Positions 45,842 to 54,073 of a stretch of 64,000 nt of DNA are shown in pieces. Every line of letters begins with the position of its first letter. The first letter of the stretch is position 1. The DNA is from a bacterium (GTDB lineage Bacteria; Electryoneota; JAOADG01): positions 2,528,001-2,592,000 of the forward strand of contig OY820579.1 of assembly GCA_963681965.1 (NCBI GenBank), written 5' to 3'. A program made the translations under genes and the position numbers. A model generated the notes under the pieces. That model was not told the origin of the DNA. It saw only the letters and a list, made by a program, of their open reading frames with translations, and did no database searches.

Positions 45842-47570
45842 ACATAATTCTCAGTTCAGTAAGTTTATTCTTGAGTCCGTTAGTAAATATCTTCAAACTG
45901 TTGTTGTCGTCGACGACCGGATTTATGAAAAAACGAGCAGTGGTTTACCAACAGGTTTAATGGCACCACCGACAAGGAGTAGAAAAGCTGCAGTAAAAAG
46001 TGCACAAACAGAAAACGATAAAAAGAGTGCACTCGCGGGTAATTTTGTAAACTCAGAAAAATCAGAAGAAGTGTCATTTCACGATGTACAAAATAGTTTC
46101 GCTAAAAAACGTATAGTTTGTTCTTTATACCAACCTCTAAAAACTGCTTCATTCGGCGAGCAATCTGATGTCTATTGTTTATGCTCAACTGCGGATGTTG
46201 TAATTGTTGACTGGGATCTTCACGGTGATATGGGTAACAAAGCTACAATTCTGGTAGGTAGCTTAATAGAACAAAGCATGAAGGAGATTCCACATCAATT
46301 ACGGCTAGTTCTAATATACACTATGGAAGCAAACCTTCAGGCGATTGCAAGCAAAATCTATGACGATCTCGTTACACGAATCAAGAAAGAATTAATCGAC
46401 GTTGATAAAAAAAACAATGGACTTGTTCTTACAACGAAAACCGCTAGAATCGTCGTGTTGGGAAAACGTGAGAACACCGCACTGAAAGAATATGCTGATT
46501 ACTGGGTTCCAGAAAAAAAATTAGCAGAAAGAACAATATTTGAATTTTCTCATCTTGCTTCTGGTTTGTTACAAGCTATTGTGCTTCGTGGTGTTGCGAA
46601 TCTTCGAGCAAACAACCGACGTATTCTAACTAGATTCCATGAAGGTCTTGATACCGCTTTTCTTGTACATCGTGCACTAATTTTACCTGAAGAGACTTTT
46701 AGTCAGATAATTCCCTTGCTGACTGACGAACTGCGGGCAGTACTTGAAGATACTTTCGGAGAAAACCTAGTCGGGACTAATCTGATTACTGAAGGAATTA
46801 TAGCTGACTGGTGTGCAATGCGTTGGAAACCTATCAGTGACGCACAAGAGTCTTTTGGAAAGAAAAGTGATGTAAATGAGTTTGCTAAAAACGTTTTCAG
46901 TAATGGGCCAATTGTCAAGGAAAGCTACACAAATCACAATTTAGGAAAATTTAGTAGCCTTGTTGACACAAAAACGGGCTCAGATGGGATTCAGCAGTGG
47001 GGAAGTGAAAAAAAATGTTATGAACTTGCGAAATTCCTAACTGCTGGCTGTGGCGGCGATTTGAGCCATTTACAATTTAGCTCCCTCATGAGCCAAAGAA
47101 TTGCTTATCGAGATTCACGGAGAACTCTACACCTTGGTGTAATTGTTAAAGAATTGAGCCAACAGGGCCGCTACCTTCTTTGCCTCCAGCCTGTATGTGA
47201 TAGTGTTAGACTCAAAGGGAAGTTAGTACCTTTTATTTTCTGTTGTTTGGAGATTCACTCAAGTGATCATCCCGTCACTCATGTGGTGATTAATCTAAAA
47301 AATGAAATCGTTCAACTTCACTATAAACCCAAAACGACTAACTGCTTTGTCACAAGTTTCACCACTAACAAAGATTCAGTACACGCTATTTCAAATGACA
47401 ATGATGACCAGATCACTTTCGAGGATAACAAAAAAATCAAGTATGAATGGATTGCCGAGTTGAAGACCGAACATGCCCAACGTGCAGCTGAAGAGTTTGG
47501 GAGTGCCTTATCTCGAGTAGGTCTAAGCGAATCTGAGTGGTTAAGATTGAAGGCAAAACTTAAAAAATGA
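45834..47570 (+). CDS. Atypical response-regulator receiver-domain protein
   Basis: VVVVDD and VIVDWDL receiver motifs; C-terminal CLQPVCDSVR domain; GGAG RBS; overlaps kinase stop. Confidence 0.8.
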   Translation: MCEHNSQFSKFILESVSKYLQTVVVVDDRIYEKTSSGLPTGLMAPPTRSRKAAVKSAQTENDKKSALAGNFVNSEKSEEVSFHDVQNSFAKKRIVCSLYQPLKTASFGEQSDVYCLCSTADVVIVDWDLHGDMGNKATILVGSLIEQSMKEIPHQLRLVLIYTMEANLQAIASKIYDDLVTRIKKELIDVDKKNNGLVLTTKTARIVVLGKRENTALKEYADYWVPEKKLAERTIFEFSHLASGLLQAIVLRGVANLRANNRRILTRFHEGLDTAFLVHRALILPEETFSQIIPLLTDELRAVLEDTFGENLVGTNLITEGIIADWCAMRWKPISDAQESFGKKSDVNEFAKNVFSNGPIVKESYTNHNLGKFSSLVDTKTGSDGIQQWGSEKKCYELAKFLTAGCGGDLSHLQFSSLMSQRIAYRDSRRTLHLGVIVKELSQQGRYLLCLQPVCDSVRLKGKLVPFIFCCLEIHSSDHPVTHVVINLKNEIVQLHYKPKTTNCFVTSFTTNKDSVHAISNDNDDQITFEDNKKIKYEWIAELKTEHAQRAAEEFGSALSRVGLSESEWLRLKAKLKK

Positions 47571-47758
47571 TCTTACAGTAAATCAGGTCAATATTTATCA
47601 AGTAGAGCAGAGAAACTAAGAACCTTTTCCCTAAACAATGCGCGATTGCTGAATCACTCTGTTTGTATACTCTGCAAGGATGGACGAAGAAACCTAACCC
47701 ACCCCAAGCATAATCGGGCATGAAGATATTGAAAAAGGTGGAAGAATAAACTGATTTC

Positions 47759-47787
47759 TTGCAATCACAAGACACTTAATATATGTT
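47759..47787 (+). promoter_or_regulatory. Sigma70-like promoter for 62-aa gene
   Basis: TTGCAA-17nt-TATGTT, then AAGGAG RBS. Confidence 0.5.
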
Positions 47788-47818
47788 GTAACAATAACTT
47801 ACTAAAGGAGCAAACCCT

Positions 47819-48007
47819 ATGGAAGAGAAGCTTCAACTCGCGATCAATACGATTTTCGATTCTTTAATGACAGTCTGGGAAGACAACGGGAATGTAATGG
47901 CTGATGCCGTGAGAGACAGTGTTGTTACAAATCTGTCTAAGCTGACGGGAATGTCATCTGAAGAGGTCGAAGCGCAAGTTGAGTTGATGGTAAATTCAGC
48001 GCAATGA
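47819..48007 (+). CDS. Small acidic hypothetical protein (62 aa)
   Basis: Own promoter and AAGGAG RBS; amphipathic helical sequence. Confidence 0.65.
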   Translation: MEEKLQLAINTIFDSLMTVWEDNGNVMADAVRDSVVTNLSKLTGMSSEEVEAQVELMVNSAQ

Positions 48008-48114
48008 TATTTATCACTATGTTTCACCTGATTTTGTATGATGTCTGATATTGCTTTGACAGTCAGGGATTTGTTAGTGATTCCGAATGATCAGATAGTT
48101 CGGCAGATGGTCAG

Positions 48115-48266
48115 CCTGTCAGTTCCACCCATAAGCGAACAGTAAATCTTCTCAGCTATCGTAACTGTAGCCGAATCGCTTCGCGCAAAGCAACGAAGTC
48201 CGAACAGGAACTCGAAAACCATTTTTATAGAGCCTTCTGCAGAAGGCGTTTCAGGGGGAGTTGTGA
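48115..48266 (+). pseudogene. hsdS: Relic 3' end of a type I RM specificity gene
   Basis: Reads VPPISEQ*..ESLRAKQ / SEQELEN / SLLQKAFQGEL* with a stop and frameshifts; DNA closely matches 63798-63865 (AGCCTTCTGCAGAAGGCGTTTCAGGGG exact). Confidence 0.85.
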
Positions 48267-49000
48267 AACGGCTGATCGAGGATAATACTTATTTGACGAT
48301 CTCCGTACTTGAGAATGCTATCGATTCATTGGAAACTGCTGCAGCACAATTAGTGCGTTTGGATAATCTTAAATGGAAGTGGGTTGCCATTACATTACAT
48401 CACGCTTTGTACACTTTCTGCGTCGCTGCATTAACCGGAAGTAATTACGAAAATGTGTTAGGCGATGACTCAAACTGCAATTGGTGTAAAATTGGAAGTT
48501 CGGAGAAGTGGAATAGACTGTATCAAATGAAACGTCCTAAAAGTAGTGGCTATCTTATCGAATGGAAAGAAACTGACGAAGTACCGCCAGTTTTTAATGA
48601 GAAGTTGGCAGCAAGCGACAATAATAATTCCAAGAGAAGGGCAACAAATCGTAAAAAGCTCATTGGGTTTTGGACTGCCTTTGCACGAATTCAGGACGAT
48701 GTTTTCTGGATGAAGCGGTTTGTTCACTCTCGGGCAGTTGGTATTTCAAATACTGAATGGGACAACATTGAATGGCTGACCAACGAAGTCCGAAATGGTT
48801 GCGTCCACTTTATTCCAAAGTTTTTGATTATCCCGATTGTGGACATTCAGGAGGCTTGTAAAGATGTAGTTCGAATTATTGAATTCTTGGCTTTTGAGTC
48901 GAATACGATACTTTTCAATAACCATGAATCTCAAACAAAGAGAATTGCTAAAGCAATTGAGCAATTCAGTAACTACAGAGATTCCGCAGACAGCGTCTGA
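48263..49000 (+). CDS. Hypothetical protein, HEPN-like (RxxxxH)
   Basis: Helical N-terminus WKWVAITLHHAL and VRNGCVHF motif; GTG start overlaps the relic hsdS stop. Confidence 0.55.
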   Translation: MKRLIEDNTYLTISVLENAIDSLETAAAQLVRLDNLKWKWVAITLHHALYTFCVAALTGSNYENVLGDDSNCNWCKIGSSEKWNRLYQMKRPKSSGYLIEWKETDEVPPVFNEKLAASDNNNSKRRATNRKKLIGFWTAFARIQDDVFWMKRFVHSRAVGISNTEWDNIEWLTNEVRNGCVHFIPKFLIIPIVDIQEACKDVVRIIEFLAFESNTILFNNHESQTKRIAKAIEQFSNYRDSADSV

Positions 49001-49071
49001 GCAATTGAGGATTTGGAGATATCTGAGACAGTATCTCGGAAAATCGACTTTGTAGAAAGCGACGATAATCG

Positions 49072-50136
49072 ATGATTGATGAAAGTTCCAGTAGCTCCGC
49101 CCCAAAAGAATCCGAACTACTGTTTTACCAGTTGGAGGATGGTCGCACGCGGGTCGAAGTGCGTCTCGACGGGGAAACCGTCTGGCTGACTCAAGCCGCG
49201 CTTGCTGAACTATATCAAACGACCATCCCCAACATCAACATACATATTCGCAATATCTTGGACGAACGAGAGCTAGATGAATCGGCAACTATTAAGCAAT
49301 ACTTAATAGTTCGAGCAGAAGGTACTCGTCAGGTCGAGCGTCAAGTAAAGTTCTACAATTTAGAGATGATCCTTGCCGTCGGCTACCGGGTTCGATCCCC
49401 CCGTGGCACCCAGTTTCGCCGCTGGGCGACCGAGCGGTTGCGCGAGTACATCGTAAAAGGCTTTACGATGGATGATGAGCGGCTCAAGGAAGGCAAGACG
49501 CTGGGTGTCGATTACTTCGACGAGTTGTTGGAACGCATCCGCGATATCCGCGCCAGCGAGAAACGTTTTTACCAGAAAATCCGCGACCTGTTCACCCTCG
49601 CCATCGATTACGATCCGAAGTCGCTTACCACGCAGGAGTTCTTCCAAATCGTTCAGAACAAGCTACATTGGGCGGTCACCCGAATGACGGCACCGGAATT
49701 GATCGCTAGTCGCTCTGATGCTTCGAAGCCGAATATGGGGTTGACCAGTTGGAAAGGGGTAAAAGTACGCAAGGGAGATGTCACCGTTGCGAAAAATTAT
49801 CTCAATGCCGACGAAATGGGCGAGTTGAACCGCATCGTCTCACTGTACCTCGACTTCGCCGAAGACCAGACCAAACGTCGGCAGCCACTCTACATCAAGG
49901 ATTGGCGAGCAAAGCTCGATGCCTTCCTGAAATTCACCGAGCGAGAGGTTCTCGATAATCCCGGACAAGTTTCGATGGAAGTTGCACAGACGCTGGCACT
50001 GGAGCAGTACGAACAATTCCAGCAACGTCGCCTGACTGAGAAAGCATCGACAGCCTTTGCCGAGGACGCAGAGCTGGAACGCACGCAGAAACTATTGGAA
50101 TCAGGGAAAATCGGTAAAACCCGGAGGGAAAAATAA
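49072..50136 (+). CDS. rhuM: RhuM-family (virulence/DNA-binding) protein
   Basis: ETVWLTQ, YNLEMILAVGYRVRS.RGTQFR.WAT, IRDIRASEKRFYQK, VAKNYL. Confidence 0.92.
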   Translation: MIDESSSSSAPKESELLFYQLEDGRTRVEVRLDGETVWLTQAALAELYQTTIPNINIHIRNILDERELDESATIKQYLIVRAEGTRQVERQVKFYNLEMILAVGYRVRSPRGTQFRRWATERLREYIVKGFTMDDERLKEGKTLGVDYFDELLERIRDIRASEKRFYQKIRDLFTLAIDYDPKSLTTQEFFQIVQNKLHWAVTRMTAPELIASRSDASKPNMGLTSWKGVKVRKGDVTVAKNYLNADEMGELNRIVSLYLDFAEDQTKRRQPLYIKDWRAKLDAFLKFTEREVLDNPGQVSMEVAQTLALEQYEQFQQRRLTEKASTAFAEDAELERTQKLLESGKIGKTRREK

Positions 50137-50320
50137 GGCCTTCAGTTTGCTTCCAATATTGATCGCGCTAAGTTACTCATACAGTAACCTTGCGCAACCG
50201 ACACCTGCTATAATTGAGAATTTCTCAGACGACATTCCTTCTCGAATCGCTCAACTAACACTTATTTCGCACAGTATCATTTAGTATGTTAGTGTTCAGT
50301 AATAGCGTTAGTAGGATGAC

Positions 50321-51307
50321 ATGAACAAGCTCAAAATTAATCTGGTACAGTACTTACGCGATACAATCGGTGTCGAAGTGGATCTTCGAGACTGGGAGAA
50401 GTGGCGCGGGTTTCCACAGTATCTCCGGGCTCGGTATCACTACTTTATGATGACAATGCTGGGTACGGAATGTGTCCTGGTGGTTGATACTGATGAAAAG
50501 GAACAGACTCCTGCAATCATCAATAAGCAATTCGATCAGATTCGCTCTCTTCAAAATGCCACTCTCATTTATGTACGCGAGGCTGTAAGTTCTTTTAACC
50601 GTAAGCGCTTGATCGAGCATAAAGTCCCTTTTATCATACCGGGAAACCAAATGTACCTACCGATGCTTGGTATCGACTTACGAGAACATATCCGGCAAAT
50701 ACGGGAGTCTAAACCGAAGCTTAGTCCCTCTACTCAAGCGCTCATTCTATCAATACTGTGGAAAATGGAAACTGGTACAATTACTCCGACTGAAGTTGCG
50801 ACTCGACTTGGGTACTCTTTGATGACGATGACACGCGCATTCAACGAGCTGGAGCTTGCGGGTATTGGAAAGCATACGACAATGGGAAAAAGTCGTCAAT
50901 TGAAAATTGTGGAGCAAGGAAACGAGCTGTTGAATTTAGCCATGCCCTTTCTTGGTAGTCCGATTCGGAAGCAGTGTTATGTTGCCAGCAAGGACATGAT
51001 TACTTGTGAAATCTACTTAGCTGGTGAAAGCGCACTTGCTAAATACTCGATGTTGACAGAATCAACCATACCGGTGTATGCTCTTTCGTTGGAAGACTGG
51101 AAGCAGGAAAAAGTACAGAAACAAGTAATGGAGCTTACTTATCCCGAACAGGATTGCTGCGGAATCGAGATCTGGAAGTACGCTCCTGCGTTGTTTGCGC
51201 AAAATGGTGTCGTTGACCGAGTATCACTTTATTTGTCACTCATGGATAACCACGACGCACGGGTTCAAATCGCCCAGGACCAGATGATTGGTGAGATAAC
51301 ATGGTAA
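50321..51307 (+). CDS. MarR-like winged-HTH protein, type IV TA antitoxin-like
   Basis: RKRLIEHKVPFIIPGNQMYLP, YSLMTMTRA, AGESALAKYSML, VDRVSLYLSL; overlaps an MVKGLD start typical of the partner nucleotidyltransferase. Confidence 0.7.
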   Translation: MNKLKINLVQYLRDTIGVEVDLRDWEKWRGFPQYLRARYHYFMMTMLGTECVLVVDTDEKEQTPAIINKQFDQIRSLQNATLIYVREAVSSFNRKRLIEHKVPFIIPGNQMYLPMLGIDLREHIRQIRESKPKLSPSTQALILSILWKMETGTITPTEVATRLGYSLMTMTRAFNELELAGIGKHTTMGKSRQLKIVEQGNELLNLAMPFLGSPIRKQCYVASKDMITCEIYLAGESALAKYSMLTESTIPVYALSLEDWKQEKVQKQVMELTYPEQDCCGIEIWKYAPALFAQNGVVDRVSLYLSLMDNHDARVQIAQDQMIGEITW

Positions 51308-51319
51308 AAGGATTAGACA
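51247..51319 (+). repeat. 73-bp direct repeat copy 1
   Basis: Matches 51901-51973 with 2 mismatches. Confidence 0.95.
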
Positions 51320-51420
51320 GAGGACACGTCAATCTTGGATATGAATTGCTTGTTATGAGTTTACTGAAACCGTGAGTACTCTGCGATGGAAATTTGCAAA
51401 ATTTGACCGAAGGCTAATCA

Positions 51421-51510
51421 TTAATATCTCATTATGATTCATTGTGTTATGAAAAATTGCACTACGATACTCTGCGATGGAAAACTCATGAAAACGGTTG
51501 CACGTGGGGA
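51421..51510. repeat. Diverged copy of the recombinase 3'-end / att arm (matches 54061-54150)
   Basis: Shared TCTGCGATGGAAAACTCATGAAAACGGTT with ungapped flanking similarity at offset 2640; shorter third copy TACTCTGCGATGGAAA at 51377-51392. Confidence 0.9.
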
Positions 51511-51890
51511 AATTCTAAGCGAAACTTACCCTCCTCATGAAAAAAAGGCGAACTAATTTAACAGATAGCGCATGAGCTCTTTTTTAGACTTTTCCGAAAA
51601 ACATGTTTAAGTGTTTGTAATGGCAGATGTTCGATTGTTTTGCCAGTTCGTTTTCTCGCTACACTCCTGTTAAATTTGCGAGTCACTGTAATCTTGCAAA
51701 AAAGGGATTTCTTAGCAACCCTATTCTCTTCCAAGCAAAGAGCCGTCTTAGTTAACAGAAAGCGAATGAATCTTTTTTTGACTTAGTAGAGATGTTTATT
51801 TAAGAGTTTATAATTACAGATGTTCATGTTATTTCCCATTTCATTTACTTGCATAATTCCTGTTAAATTAGCGAATTTTCACAATCTTGC
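51507..51890. repeat. Two diverged tandem ~190-bp non-coding units (51507-51697, 51704-51890)
   Basis: Collinear shared blocks: GGGA..TTCT.AGC, TTAACAGA.AGCG.ATGA, TTTTT.GACTT, CAGATGTTC, TCCTGTTAAATT.GCGA, AATCTTGC. Confidence 0.8.
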
Positions 51891-51900
51891 CTTGATCGTG

Positions 51901-51973
51901 TAACCACGACGCACGGATTCAAATCGCCCAGGATCAGATGATTGGTGAGATAACATGGTAAAAGGATTAGACA
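51901..51973 (+). repeat. 73-bp direct repeat copy 2
   Basis: Matches 51247-51319. Confidence 0.95.
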
Positions 51974-52030
51974 AGTTCCGTTAGACTTTCGCGGCACACC
52001 AGCAAAACTACCTCGTCATTGGTGTGCGGC
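51955..52030 (+). pseudogene. Relic 5' end of nucleotidyltransferase (AbiEii-like) toxin
   Basis: MVKGLDKFR*TFAAHQQNYLVIG with in-frame TAG at 51982-84; similarity lost afterwards. Confidence 0.65.
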
Positions 52031-52303
52031 TTAACGGGAAGCGGATGAGTTCACACAAATCAACAACAAACACGAAGATCCTGCAGAAATCTACGATACC
52101 ACTTACTTGCTTGTTGCAAATGGTCTGACAATATTTCTGTCGTTAGACGATACGCAACACTCTTATGCCATTCAAACTAAAATCGATTTCAAGTGGTTTT
52201 GTGTTTGCTACCCTGTTTCAGGCAATCCAAGACCGTCCTCAGACTCACATGAGCATTGTCGCTTGCACCTAAGCACCATTGATACCTGCTGAACTAAGAA
52301 TAG

Positions 52304-52353
52304 AGTTGACTATCTGTTACCAATTACGTATAATAGGTAACACTTGGTCAACT
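52304..52353 (+). promoter_or_regulatory. Sigma70 promoter embedded in 50-bp imperfect palindrome (AbiEi operator)
   Basis: TTGACT (52306-11)-17nt-TATAAT (52329-34); symmetric arms AGTTGAC/GTCAACT and TGTTACC/GGTAACA about 52328.5. Confidence 0.85.
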
Positions 52354-52360
52354 GAATGTC

Positions 52361-52966
52361 ATGAGAATAGCACCCAAATCCAATATTATCATAAGTCGTC
52401 TTCGTCGCTCGGGCATTCTCCGAACAAGCGATCTAATCGCGCTTGGGGTTACTAAAGAGTATCTCAGAAAACTGGCACGCAGTGGAATAATTGAAAATGT
52501 CAGTCGCGGTCTCTACCGACTCCCTAACTCAGATGTATCGATCCACCATTCGATTGCAGTAGCTTGTAAGCAAGTGCCATCTGGAGTCATCTGTCTGCTT
52601 TCAGCCCTTCGGTTCCACAACGTGACAACCCAGAATCCGACTGCCGTCTGGATCGCAATTGGTAGAGAGACTCGTCAACCCACCATTTCTACTGTACCCA
52701 TGCGGTTCGTTAAGTCGTCTAGTAAGTTCATTTCAACCGGTGTTGAGCGTCATCGCACTGCGGATGGACAGGTACGCGTCTACTCCCTTGCCAGAACAAT
52801 TGCGGACTGTTTTAAATTTAGGAACAAGATTGGAATTGATGTAGCGGTAGAAGCTCTTCAATCCGCTCTGAAAAACCACAAAGTTGACATTGATGAGCTT
52901 TGGAAGTATGCCAAACTGAATCGGATAACGAAAATCATGACACCCTACCTAACGGTCACTGAATGA
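52361..52966 (+). CDS. abiEi: Type IV TA antitoxin AbiEi
   Basis: RGLYRL, VICLLSAL.FH, RTIADCFKFRNKIG. Confidence 0.9.
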   Translation: MRIAPKSNIIISRLRRSGILRTSDLIALGVTKEYLRKLARSGIIENVSRGLYRLPNSDVSIHHSIAVACKQVPSGVICLLSALRFHNVTTQNPTAVWIAIGRETRQPTISTVPMRFVKSSSKFISTGVERHRTADGQVRVYSLARTIADCFKFRNKIGIDVAVEALQSALKNHKVDIDELWKYAKLNRITKIMTPYLTVTE

Positions 52967-53844
52967 AAAAGCCGATTACAAATATCTCAGCATCGATCCT
53001 GCAGCGGTTGATGAACTACCGGAAAGTACGGAATGAAGAGTTCAGTGTTGTAGTATCTCGGTACATCGTCGAGCGGTTTCTTTATCGTCTTAGCATTTCG
53101 CAATTCTCGGATTCATTTGTTCTCAAGGGAGCACAACTCTTTACACTCTGGTCGGAAATCACTCCGCGTACAACCCGCGATTTGGATTTACTCCACTACG
53201 GTGATTCCAGTATTGATTCGATGGTGTCAACTATCCGACATATTTGTACTATCCCGTGTGAGGAAGATGGGGTAGAATTCCTGCTTGATACGGTCCGGGG
53301 TGAAGCTATCCGAGAGCAGGCAAACTACATCGGCGTTCGGATTCTAATGTCCTACCGAATCGGTACATTGCATGATACTCTTCAAATTGATGTCGGTTTC
53401 GGTGATGCAGTCGTTTCGCAAAAGCCAAAACAAACCGTTACGGCAATCCTAGAAAATCTTCCAGCACCAGTTCTTCTAGCATATTCGAGGGAAACTGTTA
53501 TTGCTGAAAAGTATGAAGCAATGGTCATATTGGGAATTAGGAATAGCCGGATGAAAGATTTCTTCGATATTTGGACACTTTTTTCAAAGTTTACGATTGA
53601 CGAGTCACTACTTGAGGAATCGATTCTGGCTACTTTTACCAGGCGTAATACACCTTTCCCTAAAAATACTCCACTAGCATTGGCTGAAGAGTTTGCGACG
53701 AATCCAGACAAAATGAAACAATGGTCGGCATTCCTCAAACGAACCCGTGCGACGGGCATTCCGAGTGAGTTAGAAGTGGTAATTGGGTATCTGCATGAAC
53801 GACTCGAACCTGTTCGATTGAATCTTCTCAAACGAGCCGATTGA
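52963..53844 (+). CDS. abiEii: Type IV TA toxin AbiEii (nucleotidyltransferase)
   Basis: ERFLYRLS, FVLKGA, RTTRDLD, IDVGFGD, AEKYEA, NSRMKDFFDI. Confidence 0.92.
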   Translation: MKKPITNISASILQRLMNYRKVRNEEFSVVVSRYIVERFLYRLSISQFSDSFVLKGAQLFTLWSEITPRTTRDLDLLHYGDSSIDSMVSTIRHICTIPCEEDGVEFLLDTVRGEAIREQANYIGVRILMSYRIGTLHDTLQIDVGFGDAVVSQKPKQTVTAILENLPAPVLLAYSRETVIAEKYEAMVILGIRNSRMKDFFDIWTLFSKFTIDESLLEESILATFTRRNTPFPKNTPLALAEEFATNPDKMKQWSAFLKRTRATGIPSELEVVIGYLHERLEPVRLNLLKRAD

Positions 53845-54073
53845 CTTCATTCGGGTTCACCATTTCGGAAGAAATACTCCAAAAACTTCGCAGATTAATC
53901 CCGACCCTGGCTCTCTACTCAAGACATAAAATGACTGCCAGCGTATTCACTTCGTTAACCATGACAAAGCATGAATTCCAAATTGTACTGGAGTGTTAGT
54001 TAACAGTTTGAGAGTGCTCCCGCTGTTAACCGAGAATAAATTTTTGGAAAGCGTAGATTGTTTATTTCTCGTT

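Noticed and set aside
53990-54035. tRNA-Asn gene (AGAGTG-CTCCCG-CTGTTAA-CCGAG resembles an Asn anticodon arm)
   Set aside because: The stem pairs poorly and there is no T-arm (GTTCGA) or acceptor stem; at most a relic, not called.
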